DNA of 63,047 nt, filler included, from Babesia bigemina (lineage: Eukaryota): NCBI RefSeq assembly GCF_000981445.1. It is 6 parts of 6 records of this genome, joined end to end, with 100 filler letters (N's around TTAATTAATTAA, not from the genome) between each part and the next. Parts side by side here need not be neighbours in the genome. Positions count along the whole stretch, not along the records: positions 1 to 17,434 come from NW_012237197.1; 5 more parts are not named here. The stretch is one strand, 5' to 3'. Both the position numbers and the translations under genes were made by a program. Position 1 is the first letter of the stretch. Every line of letters starts with the position of its first letter. Below are positions 1 through 17,534 of this stretch, piece after piece. The notes under the pieces are model-generated. The model was not told the DNA's origin and made no database searches. It saw nothing but the letters and a program-made list of their open reading frames with translations.

Positions 1-13
1 TCCGCTGCCTGCG

Positions 14-88
14 TTGTGATGGCTTCATGTCGGCAGAATGCTTAATGAATTACAACAGTACTGCGATGAGTGGCAGGGCGGGGCGTAA
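14..88 (+). CDS. cat: 3' end of chloramphenicol acetyltransferase (vector, low-quality read end)
   Basis: Encodes ...HVGRMLNELQQYCDEWQGGA*, the CAT C-terminus. Confidence 0.9.
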
Positions 89-307
89 TTTTTTTAAGGC
101 AGTTATTGGTGCCCTTAAACGCCTGGTTGCTACGCCTGAATAAGTGATAATAAGCGGATGAATGGCAGAAATTCGATGATAAGCTGTCAAACATGAGAAT
201 TGGTCGACGGCCCGGGCGGCCGCAAGGGGTTCGCGTTGGCCGATTCATTAATGCAGCTGGCACGACAGGTTTCCCGACTGGAAAGCGGGCAGTGAGCGCA
301 ACGCAAT

Positions 308-400
308 TAATGTGAGTTAGCTCACTCATTAGGCACCCCAGGCTTTACACTTTATGCTTCCGGCTCGTATGTTGTGTGGAATTGTGAGCGGATAACAATT
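308..400 (+). promoter_or_regulatory. CAP site, lac promoter and lac operator (vector)
   Basis: TAATGTGAGTTAGCTCACTCAT (308-329), -35 TTTACA (344-349), -10 TATGTT (368-373), operator AATTGTGAGCGGATAACAATT (380-400). Confidence 0.97.
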
Positions 401-439
401 TCACACAGGAAACAGCTATGACCATGATTACGCCAAGCT

Positions 440-457
440 ATTTAGGTGAGACTATAG
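440..457 (+). promoter_or_regulatory. SP6-like promoter with one substitution (vector)
   Basis: ATTTAGGTGAGACTATAG versus SP6 ATTTAGGTGACACTATAG; this variant is recalled as typical of pCC1 vectors. Confidence 0.8.
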
Positions 458-503
458 AATACTCAAGCTTGCATGCCTGCAGGTCGACTCTAGAGGATCC
501 CAC

Positions 504-3500
504 CGCCACGTCCATAATAGCAATCACGCCAGCTGTTAGCCTCGTACTCACGTGAACACTGAACTAATAGGAAACACAGCTGCTCGTACACCCGAGTCAA
601 CACATCCGCAAGAATTTCCAAACATTTCGCAGGGTCCGCGGGATATACGAAACTGTCCGCGTTGCTGTTAAAATCGCAAGCATACCGCCCGCCTGCGTGT
701 CCATAACCCTGGATGGCGACAAGTACAGTCTCCGAATACGCGCAAACATCGCGAAGGCTATTCGACAGCTTTGTAGCCGTGACATTTTCTGGGTAGGCCT
801 CCAACGTGTCCGGGTCCTTATCCGATAGAGACAACTCAGCATCCGACTCGTCTTTCTCTGGCTTTTCAAACAGGTCACTGAACCCATTGAGCGCCAGTTC
901 CTGGTGCACTGGATCGTACGACAGACCGGAGAGCCATTGAAGCATGTCGTATATACTGCGTGGATGTTTCTTGGAACTGAGAGTGCCCAGGTGACATACT
1001 TCGTAGTACCATCTAAGGCAATCGTGTAGGTAATCGAATAAGTCGAGCAGCGTTACTCCGTCACCGTGTCTGTTGTTAGATGTTTTCCATGCTTTTAACT
1101 GCTCCAATTTCTCTGCGTCAGTAGTCTTCCGTTTCAGTTTTTCGTTAACGGTCTGGCCGCTAATCGTATTACGCAACACCCCGTTGTGTACAGCTTCCGA
1201 TTCGGAGACTTTATACCCCGCGTCTTGCAAGCACGCTCCGAGAGGATTGTTTTTACCACGCAAATTAGTTTTCAATTCACTCCAAGACACAACGCATTTG
1301 GATCGCAAGTCAGACACGTCGTGACACATTACTGGTATCAAGGTGAGGAAGGCTTTGGCGCAGTTGGTTGCGTCGGCGGTTAATCTTTTGTAATTTTCAG
1401 TTTCATTCCACTGAATACTTGTCCCCGAATACCTGCTGACGTAAGCCATGTTCAGCTGCTTGACGAATGCCGTGATGCCTTCCTTCAGAACATCAATTAG
1501 CGGACTAAGTGGCCCGGAGAAGCCAGTGGGCACCAGAGACTGTATGGCATTTTCAAGCGTGTCAAGGTTGTTTGTGAATGTGCTGTCGAAGTGCTCCGAA
1601 GATTCGAGACCGGAGAGCAACTGATCCACCGGGGAATGTATCGCATCAACTATAGTTGTGAAAGACATCATATCCGGTTGGCTTGAGATGTTTGATGACA
1701 ACAGTTGAAAGAATGTTTTCGCGTATGACGCTCCGTCCGGCAACTCGGAATCCGCATTCAAGTTATTGAACTCGCCAATGTCCGCGTTGAGATTCTTAAA
1801 AAAACCTTTGATACCACTTTTCAAATCGTTGTCTATGGTTTTCGCCATTAATGCACGCCGCTGCTCCACAAACGTTCCTAGTGCTTTAAGATCATTGATT
1901 TTTGACTTGACATAGCGCTTAAGTGCGTCTTGTTTTATGTCTCTCTTGGCCTTCTCAACTTCTTCTCTGATATTTTCTTGTATGGCTTCTCTGCAATTTT
2001 CGACGGCTTCAGGGAGAGTGGAATGAAGTACATTTGTGACGGCTGTATCTAATTTTCTGAGTTGATCTTTTTGGAGGGTGTCGAGATCGGTTTTTATCTT
2101 TTGAAGACCTGATCTGTTATTAACCATGGCGATGCGCTCCTTTCTGAAATCACCTAACATTTTCTTCAGTCCGCCTGGTTGTTCATCGGATGCTTTCTCA
2201 ATGGTGGCGCACAATTTTGCAATATTAGATGTAACATCTTTAAAGAGTTTTAGAACGTCATTATGTGCATTATCAATTTGCGATAATGCGGTAATCGTTT
2301 GCGTTCTCAATACTCCCATGGTATCATTGAGGGCGATGTACGCGTCGAGGCGTCCATTGATGTCATTTAATAGTCTACCGTCTCCACTCGCCACTATACC
2401 TTCAAATGGATGTTTCGTAACATTGTGAATCGCTACATCTATCGCGGCTGCAGCATTGTCGCTATCATCGCCGAGGGAATTAGGCTGTGTTGCTTTCTCA
2501 AGTTGGTGTTGCAGTGTCTCAATCTTAGGCTTAACGGCTTCCAATGCCTTATCAACTTTTTCGCCGGGATTGCCTGATATAAGTTGTTTGCCAAGATCTT
2601 CAACATCTGGTATTGCACTTTCTATTCGATTAATTAGTGACGTTTTAGCAAACCGCTTAAGCTCTAATGCAACCTGCTTGAAGTTGTTCAATAAGGACTT
2701 CACGATAGCTCTAATAATAATCTCGATATTGTGTCTATATTTATGCTTCGCTTTTGTCAAACCCAACTGCTCTTCTATTTGTTGAGCTGCCCTTCCAAGT
2801 GAAAAATTTAGATGGTTCTTAAGTTGAAGTTCAACATGGTCGGCAAATTCCTGAAATCGATCGGCAATATTACCCACCGTTGATCTATTAAGATGCGTTA
2901 CGGCAGCTTCCTGTATTTCTGTGTAAATATGCGATGGGAGGTGTTTCTTTATTGCATCCTTCACCGCCTCATCATCCTTGTCTGTCATCTGGCTAACGTT
3001 TTTGTGAAGTCTCACATACTGGTTTATCTTGTAAGTCACAATGCTCTCATCTTTATCTTTTAATATATCTCCAATCCACTCAGTCAATACGTTACTGCTG
3101 AATCCTTCTTCTCCAAAACCATTGGCGTAATCTGTGACACCTTTTGCAATCAATTTAAGTGCTCCAGTTATTTCACCATCTTCCACACCAGTCATGCTGT
3201 CAACAACCTGCTTAACCTCATGTTTAATCTTCTGCCAATTCTTATATATACTATCATCTGCATCATCTAGTTCTGGGACTTTCATTGGTTCTCCAATTTT
3301 TCCTTTAATGAACTTCACCTCCTCTTCAATATGCTTCATAATCCCTTTGATATTATCACTTTCCGTTTTCACACCTAACTGATGGCCAAGCATTCCAATT
3401 TTCTTTCTCACATCCTGGACTGCGAAATTCACGTCCTCTTTCAGCTTCCATAATTTATTCACGTAAACTTTTTCGAGACCTGTGATCATTATGTTAGCTT

Positions 3501-4637
3501 TAGGCACCAGTTCTTTAACAAGTCGATCAGCAGCTCTACCAGCATGGTAGAGTGATTGAGCCTTCAGCGTCAACTGCCTAATCGCCTCTTGTATATCCTT
3601 CTTGGTTCGTGCATTTTCTGTGTCTTTCACCTGCTGTAATATTATTTCAACCCTCTCTAACGCATCGATCATAGTCTGATCCGCATTCTTGATCCACACC
3701 GTCAGGTGTTCGACGTATTTTTTCAACATTTCGTCCACGATACCGATGTGTCCTTGTATATTTTCCATATTGTCAGCCAATGTTGTACTGATACGCCTTA
3801 TCTCATTATCAGTTGTCATGTGAACAGCGTGACGCAGTTTGTCAAGCACCTTATTAACATTCTCGCACAGCTTCTCCATACGCCACTTGTCTTCCTTTGC
3901 GTTCTTCGTGACGTGATTTATTTCCATTTTAATTTTCTCGAAGTCACTCATAACCTTCATTTGCAGAGGCCCATCAAGCTTTTTTATGGCCTCTTTCACT
4001 GCATTAACATTATCGTCCAACCCATCAAACACCGTCGTGGCCAAGGTGGAGACTACACTGTCTAGGGACTGGGACTTTAACTTATCAACTGCCGCAATAT
4101 TTTCACCAATTTTTCGTTTTAATGCTTTTAACGTGCCTTCACCTTCTTCTTTCACAACTTTATCTATTTTCTTTTGCAAATCTCCATCCCACTCCCCCAG
4201 CGCCGTGCTCACAGCCATAACGGCCTTAGACAATCCGCCAGGATTGTGCATACTGTTTTTAATTTTTTGGAGTGTTTCAGTCATTTTCTCTACAGGATAA
4301 TAATGCTTGACGTTTTCATCATCTTTCACCGCACCAAGCACCCCCAGCAAAAACGCCATCACCCCGTCACACAGCCTATCCAGGTCAGAGTACACTATCC
4401 CCTGGCCGTCGTAGCCTTTGGACTCTTTGTTGAAGCCGAGGAAGGTTTCGAGGCCGGTGCAGAGGTTAGTAAGGATATTAGTAGGGTTGTTATTTGAGGT
4501 AATTTTGAGGTTTTAAATTTTGTCAAATTTCTTGTCAAGCTCCCTAGGCGACACATGGTCAGGGCAGTGGCAAGAGGTGGAAGAGGGAAGGGAAGGGTGA
4601 CAAGGCACAAGTTATTGTGATGGTTTATAGAGATCAT
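504..4637 (-). pseudogene. ves1: ves1/VESA1-like gene; 3' end cut by vector; leader has a 1-nt frameshift (~4580) and an in-frame TAA (4513-4515); body ORF 504-4395 open
   Basis: GIVYSDLDRLCDGVM motif, long coiled-coil region, YVSRYSG, start of Cys-rich domain; leader aligned by eye with intact paralog at 17996. Confidence 0.75.
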
Positions 4638-4661
4638 AGCGGTATTATGGCGAGGTAATTC

Positions 4662-5161
4662 GAGCGATGTGTAGTGGATAAAGGAGCGATGTAGAGTGGA
4701 TAAAGGGGCGATGTAGAGTGGATAAAGGGGCGATGTAGAGTGGATAAAGGGGCGATGTAGAGTGGGTAAAGGGGCGATGTAGAGTGGGTAAGGGAGCGAT
4801 GTAGAGTGGATTAGGGAGCGATGTGGAGTGGGTTAAGGGGCGATGTAGAGTGGATAAAGGGGCGATGTAGAGTGGGTAAAGGGGCGATGTAGAGTGGGTT
4901 AAGGGGCGATGTAGAGTGGGTTAAGGAGCGATGTAGAGTGGGTTAAGGGGCGATGTAGAGTGGGTTAAGGGGCGATGTAGAGTGGATAAAGGGGCGATGT
5001 AGAGTGGGTAAAGGGGCGATGAGGAGTGGTTAAGGGGCGATGTAGAGTGGGTTAGGGAGCGATGTAGAGTGGGTTAGGGAGCGATGTAGAGTGGGTAAAG
5101 GGGCGATGTAGAGTGAGTTAGGGAGCGATGTAGAGTGGATAGAGGAGCGATGTAGAGTGGA
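4662..5161 (-). repeat. 22-bp minisatellite array upstream of ves gene
   Basis: Tandem GGCGATGTAGAGTGGATAAAGG variants on + strand (CCACTCTACATCGCCCCTTTAT in gene orientation). Confidence 0.95.
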
Positions 5162-5179
5162 TGATAATCACTAACTTTG

Positions 5180-5609
5180 TCACCATGTCATCGCTGCCGT
5201 AACCATGTCACCGCTGCCTTGACCATGTCCTCGCTGCCGTAACCATGTCATCGCTGCCGTTACCATGTCATCTGCTTGGTAACCATGTCATCGCTGCTGT
5301 GACCATAACCATGTCATCGCTGCCGTCACATGTAATCGCTGCCGTAACCATGTCATCGCTGCCGTAACCATGTCATCGCTGCCGTGTCCATCTCATCGCT
5401 GCCGTGACCATGTCATCGCTGCCGTAACCATGTCATCGCTGCCGTGTCCATCTCATCGCTGCCGTAACCATGTCATCGCTGCCGTAACCATCTCATCGCT
5501 GCCGTGACCATGTCATCGCTGCCGTTACCATGTCATCGCTGCCGTGACCATGCCATCGCTGTCGTGACCATGTCATCGCTGTCGTGACCATGTCATCGCT
5601 GTCGTGACC
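5180..5609 (-). repeat. 20-bp minisatellite array
   Basis: Tandem ACCATGTCATCGCTGCCGTG/A. Confidence 0.95.
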
Positions 5610-5970
5610 ATCAACTTGGTCAGCACTTTGGTCAGCACTTTGGTCAACACCTTGGTCAACACGTTGGTCGTGGCATTGGTCACCACGTTGGTCACCACGT
5701 TGGTCAACACGTTGGTCAGCACGTTGGTCACCACGTTGGTCAGCACGTTGGTCAGCACTTTGGTCAGCACGTTGTTCATCACTTTGGTCAGCACATTGGT
5801 CAGCACTTTGGTCACCACTTTGGTCAACACTTTGGTCACCACTTTGGTCAGCACCTTGGTCAGGTGCTTGGTCACCACCTTGGTCATGGCATTGGTTATG
5901 ACATTGGTCAGCACTTTGGTCAGCACGTTGGTCAACACTTTGGTCACCACTTTGGTCAACACTTTAGTTA
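5610..5970 (-). repeat. 12-bp minisatellite array
   Basis: Tandem TTGGTCAGCACT / TTGGTCACCACG variants. Confidence 0.95.
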
Positions 5971-6087
5971 ACTACTACACAATCACACACAACGATTGAT
6001 GAGTGATGCAACAGATTAAAGCACAAATCATAAGTTAGGTGAGTAGGTGATGCTAGGTGAGTGTAGGTAGTAAACACGTGAGTACGA

Positions 6088-9000
6088 TTACGGTTGCAGG
6101 TAAAACACCCTGTTAAGCTTGTTGACACGTGCGGCGGCGAGGAGTGATTGAGCGGCTATCCTATGACTCGAGGGACTATGTAGATGCGATTTGATGTGGA
6201 GGAGGTCGAGGCGGATGACCATGATGTGGAGGAGGTAGAGGAAGGAGAGGAGCCAGAGTGCGAGGGTTAGTGTCATGAAGGGGAAACGGATTGTGTATAT
6301 GAATTTGTCAATAGAGTGGAACAGTTGCATCAATACGGATTCTCCGTCGAGAACTTTCTTTAATGCGTTGCACAAATCGTTACACGTCCTCTTGTAGTCC
6401 ACATCATCGGTTCCACTCAGCTTCTTGCGGTCCACTAAAGTGAATCCGTATGTGCACAAAACCGACGATGTAGATGGGCAGTTTATTATGGAATCACACA
6501 ACGAGTGATGCGTAGATCCTGGCGATTTCTCGTTTGCCTTACATTTCTTCGGACATTTAGCGACACGGCATTTAGGCGTGGCACCGCCACATTTAGAGTT
6601 GCATTCCTCATACATTTTTTGAAGCAAGATGTAGAAAGTCTCTGTCAGATACACCATCCACGAAACGTATTTATCAGCGTGCTTAAACGAGAATGTGGCA
6701 CTGATATCATTACTCAAGGGACTCAAGTATTTACCGCACGTGGCCGCTGTTTTAGAGCTACATACGAGGCTGATAAGGTCACCTGATGTATGCGTCTTTG
6801 ATTTCCCAGAGTGACTAGAGTTAAATACAGAAGCGACATTCAACTCGTCATATGGGCGTTGCAGATTGGCTTTGGTCACTGCTTCGTCAAAAGCCTCTTT
6901 CTTGTGCTTCTTACCACCGTCATTCCACGTTGTTATAAACAGGTGATAAAACGCAAACATGTCACCCAGAGTCTGCGGCGGTCTACCTAGTACGCATACT
7001 AGAGAGGAGCAGAGTACAGTGAGTGGTGAGGACGGAGTGCCACAGAACTCCTTCAGTACTTTGTACAGTCTCGAACCCTTGCTTGTATGCGACGCCGTGA
7101 TGCTGATGTCGGCAAATCCCATTGGCGTTTTGCAAGGCTTGCCGAAATGGTTTGGTGCTGAACATGACAGCTTGCAGTCAGCCTTGTTATACGGATGAGG
7201 AAGGAAACCGGGAAGACCATCCTCCAAAAAGAATTGTAACGGTGACTTAACACCGCACTTAGGGTGTTGCTTGCACGTTTGGTTAGCTGTTTGGTCAGCT
7301 ATTTGCTTGCAGTTTTGGTCAGCACACTGCTTCTCATTGCACTTCCAACTTGAGCCGCCAACACCTTGCCCATACCAACACTCCGCCCATCCGCTGTATT
7401 GCGTCGAATTACTGCACTGCTCGTACAGGAAGCGCAACTGATGGAACAGTCTGTACAACAGTTCCACCAATACATCTAGACACTTAGCTGCGCTGGACGG
7501 ATATGCCAACTTGCCCGCGTTGGTGTAGAAATCGCAGGCGTAAATACCGTCATTATGCCCGTAGCCGAGGATGGATAGCAAAACGTCTTCTGCGTAGGTG
7601 GTGACTTCGGTGAGTTTGTCGGCCAGCGACGCGGCTGTGATGTCCTTCGGGTAGGCTGGCAGGGTGTCTGCTTCCTCACCTTCGAAAGTCGGACCGTCAT
7701 CGTCGGCGGTGGCGTCGCCTATCTTTTCCTCCTTCTCGAAGAGGCCACTGAAACCGTCGTAGGATAATGCGTGATACACCGGGTTATACGGAAGCCCGTT
7801 GAGCCAAAGCAATATGTCGAACACGGAAGAGGGATGCCGAGGTCTAGGATGAACAACGAGGTGACCGACGTGATTGTAGGCGTCCAGGTAATAGAACAGT
7901 CTCGACAGTAGACCTTCGTATTTTCTGTAATGCGCCAGGTATTCTTTGTAGGTTCCCAAGTTTTCTGGGTTCTCGTTGAAAGATTGGTAACGAGCGAATC
8001 CTCTGCTCATTCTGAGGGCGACTTCCTTACCGGTTTGATCCTTCAGCTGATCGATGTCATACCCCTCCTCCTGCAAATACTTTTTCAATTCATCCGCCTT
8101 TCGGGCACTTTTTGCGTTGCCGGTAACTTTGTAATCCGTCCACTCCGTAGCGCCCTTGTAGAACAGATGGTGGAGACCGTGGAAGTATGCCGGCCCGATG
8201 GTCAAAAACGCTTTTGCGCAATTGTTTACAGCCTTCTCATCGTGCTCCCACCTAACATTTGCGCCATCATACCTCGAGATATACACCTTGCCCAGCGCGC
8301 CGACCAACTCCCGGCAGCCACCGGAGACACCTTGCAGCATGGCAGTGACCGGGTTGGGGAAGCCGTCCGTTGTCAAGTCGGCAACGGCGGCGGTGAGATC
8401 GTCGAGCTTGGTAGGGAGATCGCGGTCGTATTTGTTGGAGGTGTAAACATGGCTGATCAGTCCGCTAAGGGCGGCATAGAGTTTGGTGAGTTTAGAGGTA
8501 TACGGATCCTGGGACCTGGGGAGTGAGGGATGCTTCTTATGTTCCTCCTCGTCAAGCCGGTTGATCTCGCTGTCGATGTACGATTTAACTGGTGCGAAGA
8601 ATGTCTCTAGGCTACGGCACAGAGTTGGAATGTCGGAGTTACTAAGAAGCCTGTTCACGTTGTCGCCGGAGTCGTTGCCGTTGAACGCCTCCATGAACCC
8701 CTTCAGGCCGATGTGCTGGTCGTGTTCGATTTGCGTTGGTAATTCTGACAACTCCAGCTTTACTTTCTCCACAAACTGCTCCAGTAGCCATTTTATGGAG
8801 TCAACGTACCGTCTGCGGGCGTGGGTTGTCAGGGCTGTTTCGGCCACGTTCACTTGTGTCTTGAGGTAACGTTGCATAGCTTGAACGTAGTGCTTTTCAG
8901 TAACTTCGGCATCTTTAAGGAATTTTTCAACGGCTTTGATAGGGCCGGACTCTAGATCACTTCGCAAATGACCCAGCTCGCTATGAATCTTATTGATGCT

Positions 9001-10995
9001 GTTTGTGGCAAGCTCGGAATCCGCAAAGTACTTCGTTTTCAGTTCAAATAATTTTGCTTTCGCGCTATCGGGGTCCTCACTGGTAACGTTCCTGATATCT
9101 TTGCACAGACTTTTTATCTTGTTCATTACATCTTGAGCATGTGTTTGCAGCGCGACTTTCTCAACCTCTGCGTTGCCTTCCAGGGTGCCGTCCAATTTAT
9201 TAATTACGTCAAGATACTTCTCAACGATAACAGTAACCTCCTTCTGCAGTTTTGCTGCACCGGTAATTGCGGCAGCATTACAAAGAGTGCCGATATCTGG
9301 TTCTATGCCCGCGGCCTTCTCTTGCATCGATGATTTCAATGTAGTACCGGCTCTGCCTGCAAATGTATTCCAACCTGAATTGCTCATTGTCGTTATTGAA
9401 TTTAGATAGTTTAAGACAATCTCAAAACAATATCCAAGGTTGCCTGCTTCATTTGCTATTTGTGCCGTGGTAAACAACACTCCAAACGTTCCCAATTTAT
9501 TTTTCAAATTGTTCTCACCAAGCTTTTTTATCATGGCATCCAAACCAGGTGTTTTTTTTGATGTCACAACAAGCCCATTCTGCGCTGTCATACCCGCCAC
9601 TAACGCCTCCTTCAAATGTTCCAGGTAATTCCCAACGTTTTTTTTAATTTTTTCAATAAGTGGCTTAATCACCGTAGACACATCCCATTCACCACTTGTT
9701 TGGTTGAACACACTAAACTGATGTGGCACAATCATGTTTTCCTCCAGCTCTTTTAGCTTCTTCACCGCGCATTCTCCTTTCCCATCTCCCTCCGGTCCCT
9801 TAACCTTCGTAACTACTGCATTATATTGGTTTCTCAACTCCTCAAATTTTCCGTGTAGTATGCTTGTCGACGCTTCGATCTGCTGGGCCGCTTGCGTGAT
9901 TTGGTTAGGATATTTATATAAAGAGCCTTCGTCGATACACTCCAATATTTTATTCACCTGCGTCTCTGCTGTCGTGATGGCATCCTTCGCATTGTCGATC
10001 CATTGCCCCAAATGCTTGAGGCAAATTTGAAGTGAATTATTGATTTGTTTCAGTTTGGCCAATATCGGTCGGACTTCCTTAGTCAGGTAGTCCAGCAAGG
10101 CTCTAACCTGATCTTGTATGTTACACTCTACATTCACCTGTAAACTGCTGAGTGTTTGACTAATGTACTGTTTAGTTGTATCCAACTCACTCTGCTGTTT
10201 GGCACGCACCGTCTCCAGCCGCTCGCTCTCATACGCAACGGTCGCACGAACATTGTCAAGCTTATCACGCAACTTATCATTAAGCTCTACAATTGATTTT
10301 TTGAGTTCATTATCAGCTACAGTGGTATCTATGTCACTAGTGAACTGTTCAGCTCTTTGCTGAAATTCTTTCAGCTTCGCGTCAATTTGCTTCGTGGCAT
10401 CTTCAACTTGCTGGTCCTTGTAATTTATCTTCTGACGTGAATCATCATGCTCTCGTAGGATCTTGTCTGAAGCTTCTTTAAGAAGCGTTAATTCACCTGT
10501 AAAGCTATTAAGTTTTTCACTCACCTTTTTATTAGACTGCTCCACTGCCTTATTATACCTCCCCACCCCTTCGACCACCTCCGCAATCGCAACACTAAAA
10601 CCTTTTTTACCGGCGTGTTTTTTCTCGTTAAGTATCTTAATTGCATCGGTAATTGTCTCTTTATGCTGCCCTAAATGCTCTTTGATGTTACTGAGAACAC
10701 CACTCAAAAACGCCACCACCCCGTCACACAGCCTATCCAGGTCAGAGTACACAATGCCAGAGCCGTCGTAGCCTTTTGATTCAGAGTTGAAGCCGAGGAA
10801 AGTCTCGAGGCCGTCACAAAGGTTAGTATGGATGTTAGTAAGGTTATTATTTAAGGTATTTTAAAGCTTATCAATTTCTGCAAATTTCATGTCAAGCTCC
10901 CTAGGCGGCACATGGTCAGGGCAGTGGCAAGAGGTGGAAGAAGGGAAGGGAAGGGTGACAAGGCACAAGTTATTATAATGGTTAATGGAGGTCAT
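6088..10995 (-). pseudogene. ves1: ves1/VESA1-like gene (class I tail); single in-frame TAA at 10861-10863 in leader; 1554-aa body ORF 6088-10752 intact
   Basis: MTSINH leader ATG at 10995, SDLDRLCD motif, FLEDGLPGFLPH Cys-rich domain, TM helix and tail DLLHIKSHLHSPSSHRIAAQSLLAAARVNKLNRVFYLQP. Confidence 0.75.
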
Positions 10996-11020
10996 AGCGG
11001 TATTATGGCGAGGTAATTCG

Positions 11021-11341
11021 AGCGATGTAGAGTGGGTTAAGGGGCGATGTAGAGTGGGTAAAGGGGCGATGTAGAGTGGATAAAGGGGCGATGGAGAGTG
11101 GGTTAGGGAGCGATGTGGAGTGGGTAAAGGGGCGATGAAGGGTGGGTAAAGGGGCGATGTAGAGTAGATAAGGGGCGATGTAGAGTGGGTTAAGGGGCGA
11201 TGTAGAGTGGGTTAAGGGGCGATGCAGAGTGGATAAAGGGGCGATGTAGAGTGGGTTAGGCAGCGATGTAGAGTGGATAAAGGGGCGATGTAGAGTGGGT
11301 TAAGGGCGATGTAGAGTGGGTTAAGGGCGATGTGGAGTGGA
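11021..11341 (-). repeat. 22-bp minisatellite array
   Basis: Tandem GCGATGTAGAGTGGGTTAAGGG variants. Confidence 0.95.
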
Positions 11342-11369
11342 TGATAATCACTACTTATGTCAGATGCTT

Positions 11370-11638
11370 GGTCACCATGTCATCGCTGCCGTAACCGAGA
11401 CATCGCTGCCGAAACCACTGTCATCGCTGCCGTGACCAAGACATCGCTGCCGTGACCATGTCATCGCTGCCGTGACCATGTCACCGCTGCCGTAACCATG
11501 TCATCGCTGCCGTGACCATGTCATCGCTGCCGTTACCATGTCATCGCTGCCGTTACCATGTCATCGCTGCCGTGACCATGTCATCGCTGCCGTGACCATG
11601 TCATCGCTGCCGTAACCATGTCATCGCTGCCGTGACCA
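11370..11638 (-). repeat. 20-bp minisatellite array
   Basis: Tandem ACCATGTCATCGCTGCCGTG. Confidence 0.95.
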
Positions 11639-12418
11639 CTAACTTGGTCACCACGTTGGTCACCACGTTGGTCAGCACCTTGGTTGACACGTTGGTCAAC
11701 ACGTTGGTCAACACATCGGTCAACACGTTGGTCAGCACGTTGGTCAGCACTTTGGTCAGCACATTGGTCAGCACATTGGTCACCACGTTGGTCACCACGT
11801 TGGTCATGGCATTGGTCACCACTTTGGTCATGGCATTGGTCACCACTTAGGTCAACACTTTGGTCAGCACATTGGTCAGCACATTGGTCACCACGTTGGT
11901 CACCACGTTAGTCGTGGCATTGGTCATGGCATTGGTCAGCACGTTGGTCACCACGTTAGTCGTGGCATTGGTCATGGCATTGGTCAGCACTCTGGTCAGC
12001 ACATTGGTCAGCGTTTAGGTCAACACTTTGGTCAGCACCTTGGTCAGCACATTGGTCAACACGTTGGTCAACACATTGGTCAACACTTTGGTCAGCGCCT
12101 TGGTCATGGCATTGGTCAGCACATTGGTCAGCACTTTGGTCATGGCATTGGTCATGGCATTGGTCAGCACTTAGGTCAGGTGCTTGGTCACCACTTTGGT
12201 CAACACTTTAGTCACCACTCTGGTCATGGCATTGGTCAGCACTTTGGTCAGTTGTTTGGTCAGCACATTGGTCATGGCATTGGTCAGCACTTTGGTCATG
12301 GCATTGTTCAGCACTTTGGTCAGCACCTTGGTCAGCACTTTGGTCAACACTTTGGTCAACACGTTGGTCAGCACCTTGATCACCACGTTGGTCAGCACAT
12401 TGGTCACCACTTTAGTTA
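11639..12418 (-). repeat. 12-bp minisatellite array
   Basis: Tandem TTGGTCAGCACA / TTGGTCATGGCA variants. Confidence 0.95.
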
Positions 12419-12537
12419 ACTATTACACAGTCACATACAACGATTAATGAGTGATTCAAAACATTAGATGACAATTCGTAGGTTAGGTGAGTAGGTGATA
12501 TGCTAGGTGAGTGTAGATAGTGAACACGTGAGTACGA

Positions 12538-16642
<4,105 letters not shown>

Positions 16643-16987
16643 TTAAGCCAGCCCCGACACCCGCCAACACCCGCTGACGCGCCCTGACGGGCTTGTCTGC
16701 TCCCGGCATCCGCTTACAGACAAGCTGTGACCGTCTCCGGGAGCTGCATGTGTCAGAGGTTTTCACCGTCATCACCGAAACGCGCGAGACGAAAGGGCCT
16801 CGTGATACGCCTATTTTTATAGGTTAATGTCATGATAATAATGGTTTCTTAGACGTCAGGTGGCACTTTTCGGGGAAATGTGCGCGGAACCCCTATTTGT
16901 TTATTTTTCTAAATACATTCAAATATGTATCCGCTCATGAGACAATAACCCTGATAAATGCTTCAATAATATTGAAAAAGGAAGAGT

Positions 16988-17434
16988 ATGAGTATTCAAC
17001 ATTTCCGTGTCGCCCTTATTCCCTTTTTTGCGGCATTTTGCCTTCCTGTTTTTGCTCACCCAGAAACGCTGGTGAAAGTAAAAGATGCTGAAGATCAGTT
17101 GGGTGCACGAGTGGGTTACATCGAACTGGATCTCACAGCGGTAAGATCCCTGACAGTTTACCCCCCAAGAACGTTTTCAATGATGAGCACTTTTAAAGTT
17201 CTGCTATGTGGAGCGGTATTATCACGTATTGACGCCAGGCAAAAGCACCTCGTCGCCGCAACACTATTCTCACAAGACTTGGTTGAATACTCCCCGTTCA
17301 CGAAAAGCTTTTTCGGAAGGCTTGACAGGAAAAAAAATATCACTGCTGCCCAAACCCTAGGAAAACCCTGGGGCCATTTTCTTTTGAACTATCTGGGGGA
17401 CCAAGGAGTAACATTTTTTGCCAAAAGGGGGGAT
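16988..17434 (+). CDS. bla: TEM beta-lactamase N-terminus (vector; degrades into low-quality read end)
   Basis: [65 protein letters not shown]. Confidence 0.95.
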
Positions 17435-17534
17435 NNNNNNNNNNNNNNNNNNNNNNNNNNNNNNNNNNNNNNNNNNNNTTAATTAATTAANNNNNNNNNN
17501 NNNNNNNNNNNNNNNNNNNNNNNNNNNNNNNNNN
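17435..17534. other. Artificial contig spacer (44 N + TTAATTAATTAA + 44 N)
   Basis: Six-frame stop linker within an N run, 100 nt. Confidence 0.97.

Larger units (their letters stand above)
1..503. other. Cloning vector (pCC1FOS/pCC1BAC-type) left arm
   Basis: cat 3' end, NotI site (216-223), lac promoter/operator, variant SP6 site, HindIII-SphI-PstI-SalI-XbaI-BamHI polylinker, ending GGATCC-CAC (half of the blunt Eco72I CAC^GTG site); insert begins at 504. Confidence 0.95.

Noticed and set aside
4662..5970. Repeat arrays as CRISPR arrays
   Set aside because: Units are contiguous with no unique spacers, there are no cas genes, and the context is eukaryotic
5573..5999. TKVL/TLVS-repeat ORFs (also 11601-12447, 20558-20881, 33263-33580)
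   Set aside because: Shadow ORFs from a 12-bp repeat that is open on both strands; other copies are interrupted by stops
16988..17434. bla (and cat at 14-88) as horizontally acquired resistance genes
   Set aside because: Embedded in polylinker, T7 and lac vector sequence at contig ends
17479..17490. TTAATTAATTAA as a biological motif
   Set aside because: Occurs five times at the centre of identical 100-nt N spacers; a six-frame stop linker
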